Below, in pieces: positions 41,268 through 49,826 of a stretch of DNA of 64,000 nucleotides. The stretch comes from Gemmatimonadota bacterium. GTDB lineage: Bacteria > Gemmatimonadota > Gemmatimonadetes > Palauibacterales > Palauibacteraceae. The position numbers and the translations under genes are program-made. The stretch lies in contig JAWOIN010000073.1 in the NCBI GenBank assembly GCA_046484665.1, positions 20,918 through 84,917 on the forward strand. Reading direction: 5' to 3'. The notes beneath the pieces are model-generated. The model did no database searches and was not told the DNA's origin. It saw nothing but the letters and a program-made list of their open reading frames with translations. How positions within the stretch are numbered: the first letter of the stretch is position 1; each line of letters opens with the position of its first letter.

Positions 41268-42251
41268 ATGAAGACCCTCGACCTGGTCGTCCCGGTCAAC
41301 AACGAGGAAGAGATCTTGCCGGACCTCCACCGCCGCCTGGAGCAGGTCTGTGGATCGCTTCCTTACGACTGGCGGATCATCTATGTCGACGATGGAAGCG
41401 ATGATGCCTCCCCCGCGCTGCTCACCGGCCTCGCCGACGGGAACGGACGCGTCGGTGTGGTCACGCTCTCGCGCAACTTCGGACAACAGCCCGCGATCGC
41501 CGCGGGTCTCGCGGTCGCGGACGCCGACGCGGTCGTCCTGATGGACGGCGACCTGCAGGATCCTCCCGAGTTGATTCCAGAGCTCTGCCGTCGTTGGGAG
41601 TCCGGGTGCGACGTGGTTTACGCCGTGAAGCAGAAGCGGAAGGAGTCGGTCCTCAAGCGCGGTCTGTTCGCCGGGTTCTACGCCTTGCTGAGACGGCTGA
41701 GCTCGGTGGAGATGCCGGCCAACGCGGGCAACTTCTCGCTGATGGACCGCACGGTGGTCGAGGCCGTGAACGCGATGCCGGAATACCACAGGTACGTCAG
41801 CGGGCTTCGAGCCTACGCCGGTGGTCGTCAGACGGGGGTGGTGTACGAGCGCGCCGCCCGGCACGCGGGCGAGCCCCGGCAATCTCCCCGCAAGCTGTTC
41901 CGAATGGCGTTCGACGCGCTCTTCGCCTTCTCCGAGGTCCCGCTCAGGCTCGCCACGATCGCGGGGTTCTCCGTGTCGGGGGTCGCCTTCATCGTGCTGC
42001 TCCGGGTCCTCTGGAAGAAGCTCGTCACCGGCGAGGCGATCCTCGGCTGGGCCTCCGTGATGACGTCGGTCCTCTTTCTCGGCGGGATCCAGCTCATCGC
42101 GATCGGCATCATCGGCGAGTACGTGGGCCGGATCTACAACGAGTCGAAGCGTCGGCCGGCCTGGATCGTGGCATCGACCCGGAACCTGGACGGGGGCGCT
42201 GGAGCGAGCCCGGCCCGACAAGTCCGACAGACAGATCCGGTGGACCTTTGA
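41268..42251 (+). CDS. GT2 polyprenyl-phosphate glycosyltransferase (ArnC/GtrB/Ppm1-DPM1 family)
   Basis: VVPVNNEEE...YVDDGSDD...DGDLQDPPE (DXD) catalytic motifs, two C-terminal TM helices. Confidence 0.85.
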   Translation: MKTLDLVVPVNNEEEILPDLHRRLEQVCGSLPYDWRIIYVDDGSDDASPALLTGLADGNGRVGVVTLSRNFGQQPAIAAGLAVADADAVVLMDGDLQDPPELIPELCRRWESGCDVVYAVKQKRKESVLKRGLFAGFYALLRRLSSVEMPANAGNFSLMDRTVVEAVNAMPEYHRYVSGLRAYAGGRQTGVVYERAARHAGEPRQSPRKLFRMAFDALFAFSEVPLRLATIAGFSVSGVAFIVLLRVLWKKLVTGEAILGWASVMTSVLFLGGIQLIAIGIIGEYVGRIYNESKRRPAWIVASTRNLDGGAGASPARQVRQTDPVDL

Positions 42252-42317
42252 ACTGGCGTTGACGCGACCGCCCCACCCTTCGTCCCTCGGACGAAAGGGA
42301 CTCAGAAGGGGGCGGAC

Positions 42318-42749
42318 GTGCGTGCTTCGGGCTTCACCCTCGTCGAGCTTCTGATCGCGACGGTCATCGCGGCGACGCTCGTGTCGATCGGGGTCGGGTC
42401 GCTCTCCGGCGCGCGGGAACGGGCGGCTCTGAACGGGGCGGCCGACGCGGTGACGCGGCAGCTCGCGCTCGGCCGGGCCGTCGCGGTGGCCCGGAGGGAG
42501 ACCGTCCGGCTGACCCGGCGCGACCGGGAGCTCGCGCTGCTCGACTCCCGCGGCGCCGTTCTCTCCGTCCTCGCGCTCGGCCGGGGCGACGACCTGCCGC
42601 TCGACTCGGTCGTGGTCCGACCCTCGTCCATCCGCTTCAATGCGCGCGGGCACGCCGGAGCCGGGAGCATCTACCTCTGGCGTGGGGGCCGCGGGGTCCG
42701 CCTCGTGACGAACTTCCTCGGTCGGGTCCGCCGCGAGCCGGTGCCGTGA
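42318..42749 (+). CDS. Type IV pilus minor pilin (FimT/GspH-like pseudopilin)
   Basis: GTG start; prepilin motif MRASG|FTLVELLIATVIAA. Confidence 0.7.
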   Translation: MRASGFTLVELLIATVIAATLVSIGVGSLSGARERAALNGAADAVTRQLALGRAVAVARRETVRLTRRDRELALLDSRGAVLSVLALGRGDDLPLDSVVVRPSSIRFNARGHAGAGSIYLWRGGRGVRLVTNFLGRVRREPVP

Positions 42750-43201
42750 CGATGCGCCTGCGCCGCAACGGGTCCGGCGTTCTGCACGACCCGCGGAGGG
42801 GATTCCGGTCCCGCGCCGGAACCGCGTGGCGGCGCGGTCCCGGAAGCGGCGCGGAGTCCGGGCGCGGAAGCGCGCTCATTGAGATTCTCATCTCCTTGTC
42901 GATTCTTACGATAGGGGTCTTCGCCATCGTCGGTATGCTCGGGTCGGCCCGGAGGAGCGCCGAGGCTGCGGCCGGGAGTGCCGCCGCGGCGCTGGCGGCA
43001 CAGCAGGTGCTCGAAACGAGCCTGGCGGGTCGCGGCCCTGGTGCTCCGTACGCGGGGGACGTGCCCGTGGGCGTGCGCCGGGTCCGCGTCACGCTGGTGG
43101 CGGAGCACGCCGCGAGCGGGCTGATCCGACTCCGGGCGCACGCGGTGGATCGGGGATCGCGGCGGGCGTGGGACGTGGAGACGCTGCGGGCCGGTCCCTG
43201 A
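42746..43201 (+). CDS. Type IV pilus minor pilin, PilV-like, with unusually long (~40 aa) leader
   Basis: Prepilin-type motif G|SALIEILISLSILTIGVFAIVG; no alternative in-frame start nearer the cleavage site. Confidence 0.55.
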   Translation: MTMRLRRNGSGVLHDPRRGFRSRAGTAWRRGPGSGAESGRGSALIEILISLSILTIGVFAIVGMLGSARRSAEAAAGSAAAALAAQQVLETSLAGRGPGAPYAGDVPVGVRRVRVTLVAEHAASGLIRLRAHAVDRGSRRAWDVETLRAGP

Positions 43202-43382
43202 GCGGCGTTGCGGGACGCGCGCCGACCGGCTCTCTTCCAGGGATGTCGTCCGGAATGCGGGCCGCTCGTCCCGGGCCGGGGAGAGGCATCGGGGGACGTT
43301 TGACAGCTTTCGGGAGCGCGCCTATCATGTGGCTCACCCGCCACACGCAGCCCAACTTCAACCGGCCGAGCGGCTTGCCGTC

Positions 43383-44429
43383 ATGACTTCTTTCGGTCTG
43401 CGTCGCAGGAAGCGCTCGATCGGTCTGGACATCGGCAGCGGCTTCCTCAAGGTCGCCGTGGTCGATCATTCCGGCGGCGAGCCGCTGGTCGAGCGGCTCG
43501 TCCTTCGTCCGCTCGGCGCCGACGCGATCGTGGAGGGCGAGATCATGGATCCGGGCCTCGTCGCCCGGACCCTGGACGCCCTGTTCGTCGAGGAGGGGAT
43601 CCACGAGCGGGACGTGGTCGTGAGCGTCGGCGGCCGCGACGTCATCATCAAGCCGATCCAGATGGACCGGATGAAGAAGTCGGACGCCCGCGAGGTGATC
43701 CGCTGGGAGGCGGAGCAGCACGTGCCGTTCGACATGGACGACGTCCAGCTCGACTTCGAGATCACGGACCCCGAGGGCGAGGGGCTCCAGATGGGCGTGC
43801 TGCTCGTCGCCGCCAAGCGGGAGCTCGTGGAGAACAAGGTCGCCCTCCTCGAGGAGGCGAACCTCGACGCGCGGATCATAGACGTCGACGCGTTCGCGCT
43901 CCACAACGCGCTCGAGGTGAACTATCCCGAGGCGATGCGCGGGCTCGCGAGCCTCGTCAGCATCGGCCACGAGACGACGAACGTGAACATCCTCGAGGAC
44001 GGGGTGCCCGTCCTGACTCGCGACCTCAGCTTCGGGACCCGGCGTCTCTCGCTGGACCTCCAGCGCGAACGGGGCATGCTGGCCGACGAGGCGGAGGCGG
44101 TGCTCCGGGGCGAGTCCGTCGACGAGAGGCTCCGCTCGTTCCTGTTCGAGCGCGCGCAGGAGGTCGGCCGCGGGATCGAGCGGGCCACGGCCTTCCTCGA
44201 GACGCAGGAAGTGGGGGCGAGCCTCGGGCGCCTGTACCTGTGCGGAGGAGGGGTCCGGGTGCCCGGTCTCGCGGAGGCGCTGTCCGAGCGACTCGGGGTC
44301 GAGACCCGGATCGCCAGCCCGATCGAGCGCCTCGGGGTGAAGCCCGGCGCGCTGGACCCGGACCAGGCCCGGGGCATCGCTCCCCTGATGATGCTGTCGG
44401 TGGGCCTCGCCCTGCGGAAAGCGGCATGA
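43383..44429 (+). CDS. pilM: Type IV pilus assembly protein PilM (actin-like ATPase fold)
   Basis: ATG at 43383; IGLDIGSGFLKVAVV N-terminal motif. Confidence 0.9.
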   Translation: MTSFGLRRRKRSIGLDIGSGFLKVAVVDHSGGEPLVERLVLRPLGADAIVEGEIMDPGLVARTLDALFVEEGIHERDVVVSVGGRDVIIKPIQMDRMKKSDAREVIRWEAEQHVPFDMDDVQLDFEITDPEGEGLQMGVLLVAAKRELVENKVALLEEANLDARIIDVDAFALHNALEVNYPEAMRGLASLVSIGHETTNVNILEDGVPVLTRDLSFGTRRLSLDLQRERGMLADEAEAVLRGESVDERLRSFLFERAQEVGRGIERATAFLETQEVGASLGRLYLCGGGVRVPGLAEALSERLGVETRIASPIERLGVKPGALDPDQARGIAPLMMLSVGLALRKAA

Positions 44430-45082
44430 TCGAGGTCAACCTCCACCCGGCGGGCCCGAAGGGCCGCAGGAAGAGGGCTTCGGCTCCGTCCCTGCCGGCC
44501 TGGCTGCGTCCGCCCGTCGGCGGTGGGGGGGAGCGGGACCGCTGGACGATCGTCGGCCTCGTGGTCCCGGCGATCGCGGTCCTCGCGATCGCGGGCATGT
44601 GGCTCACGCAGCGCTCCCGGACCGCCGACCTGGAGGAGTCGATCGCCGCCGCGGTCGCCGACTCGACGCGGCTCGCGGACCTGCGGACGCTCAGCGACAG
44701 CCTCGTGACGCGGGAGAGGACGATCCGCCAGCGGCTCGAGCTGGTCCGCGGCCTCGACGGGGGGCGCTTCGTCTGGCCTCACATCCTGGACGAGCTGAGC
44801 GCTGCGCTTCCCGAGTACACGTGGCTGACCGCGATTCGAGTCAGCACGCCGCTGCCGGACCTCGGCGTGCAGGTGGACGGGCTCGCCGCGAACCCGCTCG
44901 CGATCACCCGGTTCGTGCGGAATCTCCAGGAGTCCCCGTTCGTCGCGCGGGTGACGATCATCGGGACCCAGCAGCAGCTCGTGCAGAACGTGGCGGCCCA
45001 GGCGTTCAAGCTCGTCGTTCACTACGCGGATCCGCCGGACGACCACGTCCAGAGGGTGCCTGTCGTGCCAGGGGACGCGTGA
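44426..45082 (+). CDS. pilN: Type IV pilus assembly protein PilN
   Basis: ATGA overlap with pilM stop; single TM then periplasmic coiled coil. Confidence 0.8.
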   Translation: MIEVNLHPAGPKGRRKRASAPSLPAWLRPPVGGGGERDRWTIVGLVVPAIAVLAIAGMWLTQRSRTADLEESIAAAVADSTRLADLRTLSDSLVTRERTIRQRLELVRGLDGGRFVWPHILDELSAALPEYTWLTAIRVSTPLPDLGVQVDGLAANPLAITRFVRNLQESPFVARVTIIGTQQQLVQNVAAQAFKLVVHYADPPDDHVQRVPVVPGDA

Positions 45083-45084
45083 CG

Positions 45085-45684
45085 ATGGCGCTCCTTCCGA
45101 AGGACCAGGGCCAGCAGCTGAAGCTGCTCGCGGCCATCCTCGCGATCGCGGGGGCGGCCCTGTTCTTCGTCTACGTCTACCGCCCGAGGGGCGATGAGCT
45201 GCTCGAGCAGCGGGAACGCCTCGAGGCGCTCGAGACGCAGAACCGGCTCGCCGAGGCCCGGATCGGCGACCTGCAGCGGCTCCGAGATCGCCTCTCCACG
45301 TCGGAGCGCCAGCTCGACGCCCTGCGGCGCCTTGTCCCGTCGAGCGGCGAGGTGCCGGCGATCTACGAGGCGATCGCGACCGAGACCCAGTCGCTCAACC
45401 TGCGGCTGATCAGCGTGGAACCGGCCTCGCCGGTGCCCGCGGACAGCGCCGGCACGCTGCTCCGGCAGGAATGGCAGATGCAGGTCGAGGGCGAGTATCA
45501 CACGGTGGCGGAATTCCTGGCGCGGGTGGCGTCGTTCGAGCGGATCGTGCGGCCGCGCATCACGGAGATGATCCCGACGGGCACGAGCTCGTCCGGCCGG
45601 CAGCTCGTCACGGCGACGTTCGGACTCGAGACGTTCGTGCTCGGGTCCCCGGAAGCGGACGCGTCCGCCCGGGAGGAGAGCTGA
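45085..45684 (+). CDS. pilO: Type IV pilus assembly protein PilO
   Basis: TM helix LKLLAAILAIAGAALFFVYVY followed by coiled coil; position in pilMNOPQ. Confidence 0.8.
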   Translation: MALLPKDQGQQLKLLAAILAIAGAALFFVYVYRPRGDELLEQRERLEALETQNRLAEARIGDLQRLRDRLSTSERQLDALRRLVPSSGEVPAIYEAIATETQSLNLRLISVEPASPVPADSAGTLLRQEWQMQVEGEYHTVAEFLARVASFERIVRPRITEMIPTGTSSSGRQLVTATFGLETFVLGSPEADASAREES

Positions 45685-45685
45685 G

Positions 45686-46153
45686 ATGCGGATCGCCGCG
45701 CTGGCACCCGGGTTCCTGCTTCTCGCGGCGCTTGCCGGACTCCCGGCGCCGCTGGCGGCGCAGGCCGGGGACGCGGCTCGGGCGACGACGGACTCCGTCG
45801 CGCCGCACGACGCGGTTCCGGACGATGCGGTGCTCAAGCGGGAGGTGTTCCGCTACCGTTCCGAGGGCCGTCGCGACCCGTTCGAGCCGCTCTCGGCGGG
45901 CACGGACCTCGGGCCTCGCTTCGAGGACCTCGAGCTGGCCGGCATCGTCTACAGTCCCGGGACCGGCAGCATCGCGATCATGGTCGACAGGGCGACCCGA
46001 CGGCGGTACCGGGTCTGGGAAGGGGACGTGGTCGGCGGCGCGAAGCTGGTCCGCGTCCAGCCGTCGGAGGTGGACTTCGTGGTCACGGCCTTCGGCGTGA
46101 GCCGGCAGGAGACGCTGCGCCTCAAGGACCAGGACAAGGAGCAGGGAGGATGA
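45686..46153 (+). CDS. pilP: Type IV pilus assembly protein PilP
   Basis: Signal peptide, ~155 aa, position between pilO and pilQ. Confidence 0.7.
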   Translation: MRIAALAPGFLLLAALAGLPAPLAAQAGDAARATTDSVAPHDAVPDDAVLKREVFRYRSEGRRDPFEPLSAGTDLGPRFEDLELAGIVYSPGTGSIAIMVDRATRRRYRVWEGDVVGGAKLVRVQPSEVDFVVTAFGVSRQETLRLKDQDKEQGG

Positions 46154-47853
46154 TCGTCAAAGCGATCCTCGCGGCCGCGCTGATCGCGGGGCCTGGCGAC
46201 GGTCCGGGAGCGATCCGGGAGGTGCGGATCGTGCCCGCCGGCGCGGAAACGGAGATCGTCGTGGTCACCTCCGGCGCGATCGAGGTCAGGGACTTCACGC
46301 TCGCGGAACCGCCGCGACTGGTCCTCGATCTGGCGGGCGTCGACTCGGGCCTGCCCAGGGAGAGCTACGACGCGATCGGTCGAGGCGGCGTGATGCGCCT
46401 CCGGAGCAGCTGGTTCCGTTCCGGCGTGCTGCGGCTCGTGTTCGACCTCGCGGAGGTCCCCGACTACCAGAAGTCCGTGGGGGCGGACGAGGTACGGGTG
46501 CGGTTCACGAATCCGGGCGCCGCGTTCGAGGCCTGGTCCACGGGCTCCTCGGTCTCCGGCGAGACGGCGGCGCGCTCCGCCGGCATGGCTCCCGTGGCGG
46601 CGCGGGTCCAGGAGGAGCCGGCGCGGATCACGGTGGCCTTCGACAGCGCCAGCATGCTCGACGTGCTCGCGGGGTTCTCGGAGTTCGCGGGCGTCTCGAT
46701 CGTGCCGAGCTCCGATGCCGCCGACATGACGGTGCGCGGCGTGGACATCCGCGACCAGCGCTGGGACGTGGCGCTCGACGCGATCCTCGCTGCACAGGGA
46801 CTCGGCTGGCGTCTCCAGTCCGAGGGAATCCTCATCGTCGACAAGCTGGAGGGGCTGCGGACGCGGGACACGCTCCAGACGGAGACGCGGATCTTCCGGA
46901 TCAACTACGCGGGCGCGGACTCCGTCGCGAAGACGCTGACGCAGCTCGCGACGCCGAACCGGGGCCAGGTGGTCGCGTACCAGGGCGCGAACTCCGTGAT
47001 CGTGACCGACGTGCCCTCGGTCGTGGCCCGCATGGACACGCTGATCCGGAGCCTCGACCGGCAGACGCCGCAGGTCGCGATCGACGCGAAGATCATCTTC
47101 GTCGATCGCACTGACGTGATGGAGCTCGGGATCGTCTACGACCTGAAGGACGTGAACGGGACCGAATTCGGGAACTCGATCAACGACGTGATCGCGGTAC
47201 CCGACCCGTTCAACCCGGGCGAGTTCACGAACGAGACCCTCGTGGACCTCGGCGGCGAGTCCATCGCGGCGCTGGCGAACGCGAACGACCGCGTGCTGGG
47301 ACCGTCGCTCCAGATCCTCGCCTCGACCGCGTTCGGCGACTTCTCGCTCTCCGCGTTCATCGAGGCGCTCGAGCGCCACCGGCTGTCCGACGTCCAGGCC
47401 GCTCCGTCGATCCAGGTCGTCGACAACCACAACGCGCGGATCCAGGTCGGCGAGCGGACCCCGCTGCGGGTCCTCGAGCAGGGAGCCCAGACCGAGAACG
47501 CGCGGATCAACGTGCAGTTCGAGGACACCGGGATCATCCTCGACGTGACGCCCCACATCACGAACAACAACCAGATCCTGCTCGACGTCTCGGCCGAACG
47601 GTCCGGGATCCAGACCGACGTGCCGGACCTCGGCTTCGTGTTCCGGAAGCAGATCGGACAGACGCGGCTGCTGCTGAACGACGGCGAGACGATGGTGATC
47701 GGCGGGCTGACGCTGAGCGAGGTCGAGCGCTCCGAGTCCGGGATCCCCCTACTCATGGACCTCCCCGTGATCGGGGCCCTGTTCCGCACCACGAAGAGCC
47801 GGGAGACGAAGCAGGACCTGATCATCCTCGTGACGCCGCGCATCGTGAAATGA
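46150..47853 (+). CDS. pilQ: Type IV pilus secretin PilQ
   Basis: AMIN-like N-terminal domains, C-terminal secretin domain (ETMVIGGL...PLLMDLPVIGALF). Confidence 0.9.
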   Translation: MIVKAILAAALIAGPGDGPGAIREVRIVPAGAETEIVVVTSGAIEVRDFTLAEPPRLVLDLAGVDSGLPRESYDAIGRGGVMRLRSSWFRSGVLRLVFDLAEVPDYQKSVGADEVRVRFTNPGAAFEAWSTGSSVSGETAARSAGMAPVAARVQEEPARITVAFDSASMLDVLAGFSEFAGVSIVPSSDAADMTVRGVDIRDQRWDVALDAILAAQGLGWRLQSEGILIVDKLEGLRTRDTLQTETRIFRINYAGADSVAKTLTQLATPNRGQVVAYQGANSVIVTDVPSVVARMDTLIRSLDRQTPQVAIDAKIIFVDRTDVMELGIVYDLKDVNGTEFGNSINDVIAVPDPFNPGEFTNETLVDLGGESIAALANANDRVLGPSLQILASTAFGDFSLSAFIEALERHRLSDVQAAPSIQVVDNHNARIQVGERTPLRVLEQGAQTENARINVQFEDTGIILDVTPHITNNNQILLDVSAERSGIQTDVPDLGFVFRKQIGQTRLLLNDGETMVIGGLTLSEVERSESGIPLLMDLPVIGALFRTTKSRETKQDLIILVTPRIVK

Positions 47854-48000
47854 CCCTCGCCGCCGCGCGTCGAGCCCCGAGGCGGAGACCGGGGCCCGGA
47901 GCAGTCCGGGCCCCGCTTTCGTTCGCGGTCTCTGCGGCCGACGTGGGGGAGGCGCGCCGCGCGGCGTTCCGACCGGCCGCGACCCGGGAGGAGTGACGGG

Positions 48001-49209
48001 ATGCTGACGAGAATCCGGTTCACGACGGCGGGCGAGTCGCACGGGCGGGGCATGCTCGTGATCGTGGAGGGGGTCCCGGCCGGCGTGCCGTTCACGCCGG
48101 ATGACCTCGCCCGGGATCTCGCGCGCCGGCAGCTCGGCCACGGTCGGGGCGACCGGGTGCGAATCGAGCGGGATGCAGGCGAGATCCTGGCCGGCGTCCG
48201 GCTCGGGGAGACGCTCGGGTCGCCGGTCGCGATCTGGATCGTGAACCGGGATCACGCGAGCTGGCGGGTCGCGATGAGCATAGAGCCCCGGCCCGGGGCG
48301 GGCGATGAGGAGCTCCGGCGGGTGTCGCTTCCGCGCCCCGGCCACGCCGACCTCGTCGGGCTTCTCAAGTACGACCGTTCCGACGCGCGCGACATCCTGG
48401 AGCGCGGCAGCGCGCGCGAGACGGCGGCGCGCGTCGCCGGCGGGGCACTCGCCCGGCGCCTGCTCGCGGAGCTCGGGGTCGAGGTGGGCAGCCACGTCGT
48501 CCGGATCGGTCCCGTGGCGGCCGCGTCGTCCGACCCCCTTCCGGCCCCCCTGAACGAAGCCGCCGACGCGTCCGACGTGCGCTGTCTCGATCCGGAAGCC
48601 GGGGAGGGGATGCGCGCCGCGATCGACGCCGCCGGGGCCGAAGGCGACACGCTCGGCGGCGTGTTCGAGGTCGTGGCGCGCGGGCTTCCGGTCGGTCTGG
48701 GGAGCCACGTCTCCTGGGACCGGCGACTCGACGCCCGCCTCGGCGCCGCGATGCTCTCGATCCAGGCGATGAAGGGGGTGGAGGTCGGGCTCGGCTTCCG
48801 GGCGGCTGCCCTGCGGGGCTCCGCCGTGCACGACGAGCTCGAGGCCGACCCGGAGCGCCTCCGCTCGGGCGGCGTCCGCCGGCGACGTAACCACGCGGGC
48901 GGACTGGAGGGCGGGATGACGACGGGCGAGCCGCTCGTCGTGCGCGTCGCGATGAAGCCGCTAAGCTCCCTGGCGCGGCCGCTCGACAGCGTGGACCTGC
49001 GAACCGGGGCCCCGGCCAGGGCGGTCAGGGAGCGCAGCGACGTCTGCGCGGTCCCGGCGGCGGCCGTGGTCGGCGAGGCGATGGTCGCGCTCGTCCTCGC
49101 GGATGCGCTCGCGGAGAAGCTCGGCGGCGACTCCCTGTCGGAGATGCGGCGCAACCTCGAGGGCTATCTGGAGCGGGTGGGCGCCGTCGTCCCACGGCCT
49201 CCGTCTTGA
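48001..49209 (+). CDS. aroC: Chorismate synthase
   Basis: MLTRIRFTTAGESHG N-terminal signature. Confidence 0.9.
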   Translation: MLTRIRFTTAGESHGRGMLVIVEGVPAGVPFTPDDLARDLARRQLGHGRGDRVRIERDAGEILAGVRLGETLGSPVAIWIVNRDHASWRVAMSIEPRPGAGDEELRRVSLPRPGHADLVGLLKYDRSDARDILERGSARETAARVAGGALARRLLAELGVEVGSHVVRIGPVAAASSDPLPAPLNEAADASDVRCLDPEAGEGMRAAIDAAGAEGDTLGGVFEVVARGLPVGLGSHVSWDRRLDARLGAAMLSIQAMKGVEVGLGFRAAALRGSAVHDELEADPERLRSGGVRRRRNHAGGLEGGMTTGEPLVVRVAMKPLSSLARPLDSVDLRTGAPARAVRERSDVCAVPAAAVVGEAMVALVLADALAEKLGGDSLSEMRRNLEGYLERVGAVVPRPPS

Positions 49210-49820
49210 CGCCAGCCGGACGGATCGGTCCCGGACCCGAGGCGACGCCGGAAGCGGTGGTCGTGCTCGTCGGGCTGATGGGCTCGGGAAAGAGCACGGT
49301 CGGCCGCCTCGTCGCGGAGCGCTGGGGCTGTCCCTTCGTCGACCTCGACCGCGAGATCGAGCGCCTCTCCGGCCTCTCGATCGCGGAGATCTTCCGGACC
49401 GAGGGCGAGGCCGGGTTCCGCCGGCGCGAGGCCGCCGCGACCCTGGGTCTCCTGCCGAATCCTCCCCTGGTGATCGCCGTCGGGGGCGGCTGGATGGCCT
49501 GCCCCGAGCTCCGGGGCGCGTGGCCGGGCGCCGTGCGGGTCTGGCTGCGGGTCCCTCCGGCGGAAGCCGCGCGGCGCCTCGCCGGAGCGGACTCCGATCG
49601 TCCGCTTCTCGCGGAGGGAGCGGTGGAGGAGAGGCTCGCGTCGCTCCTCGCCGCCAGGTTGCCCGCCTACGGTCTCGCCGACTATACCGTAGACGCCTCG
49701 GACCGGACCCCGGAGGAGGTGGCCCGGGTAGTGGCGGGCCTGTTCGAGGGGGGACGGGCACGGCCGGCCGGGCCGGCCGGACCCGACGACAACGACCAGG
49801 CGGACCACGTGGAGACATAG
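49206..49820 (+). CDS. aroK: Shikimate kinase
   Basis: Walker A GLMGSGKST; TTG start overlapping aroC stop. Confidence 0.85.
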   Translation: MTPAGRIGPGPEATPEAVVVLVGLMGSGKSTVGRLVAERWGCPFVDLDREIERLSGLSIAEIFRTEGEAGFRRREAAATLGLLPNPPLVIAVGGGWMACPELRGAWPGAVRVWLRVPPAEAARRLAGADSDRPLLAEGAVEERLASLLAARLPAYGLADYTVDASDRTPEEVARVVAGLFEGGRARPAGPAGPDDNDQADHVET

Positions 49821-49826
49821 CACGGA

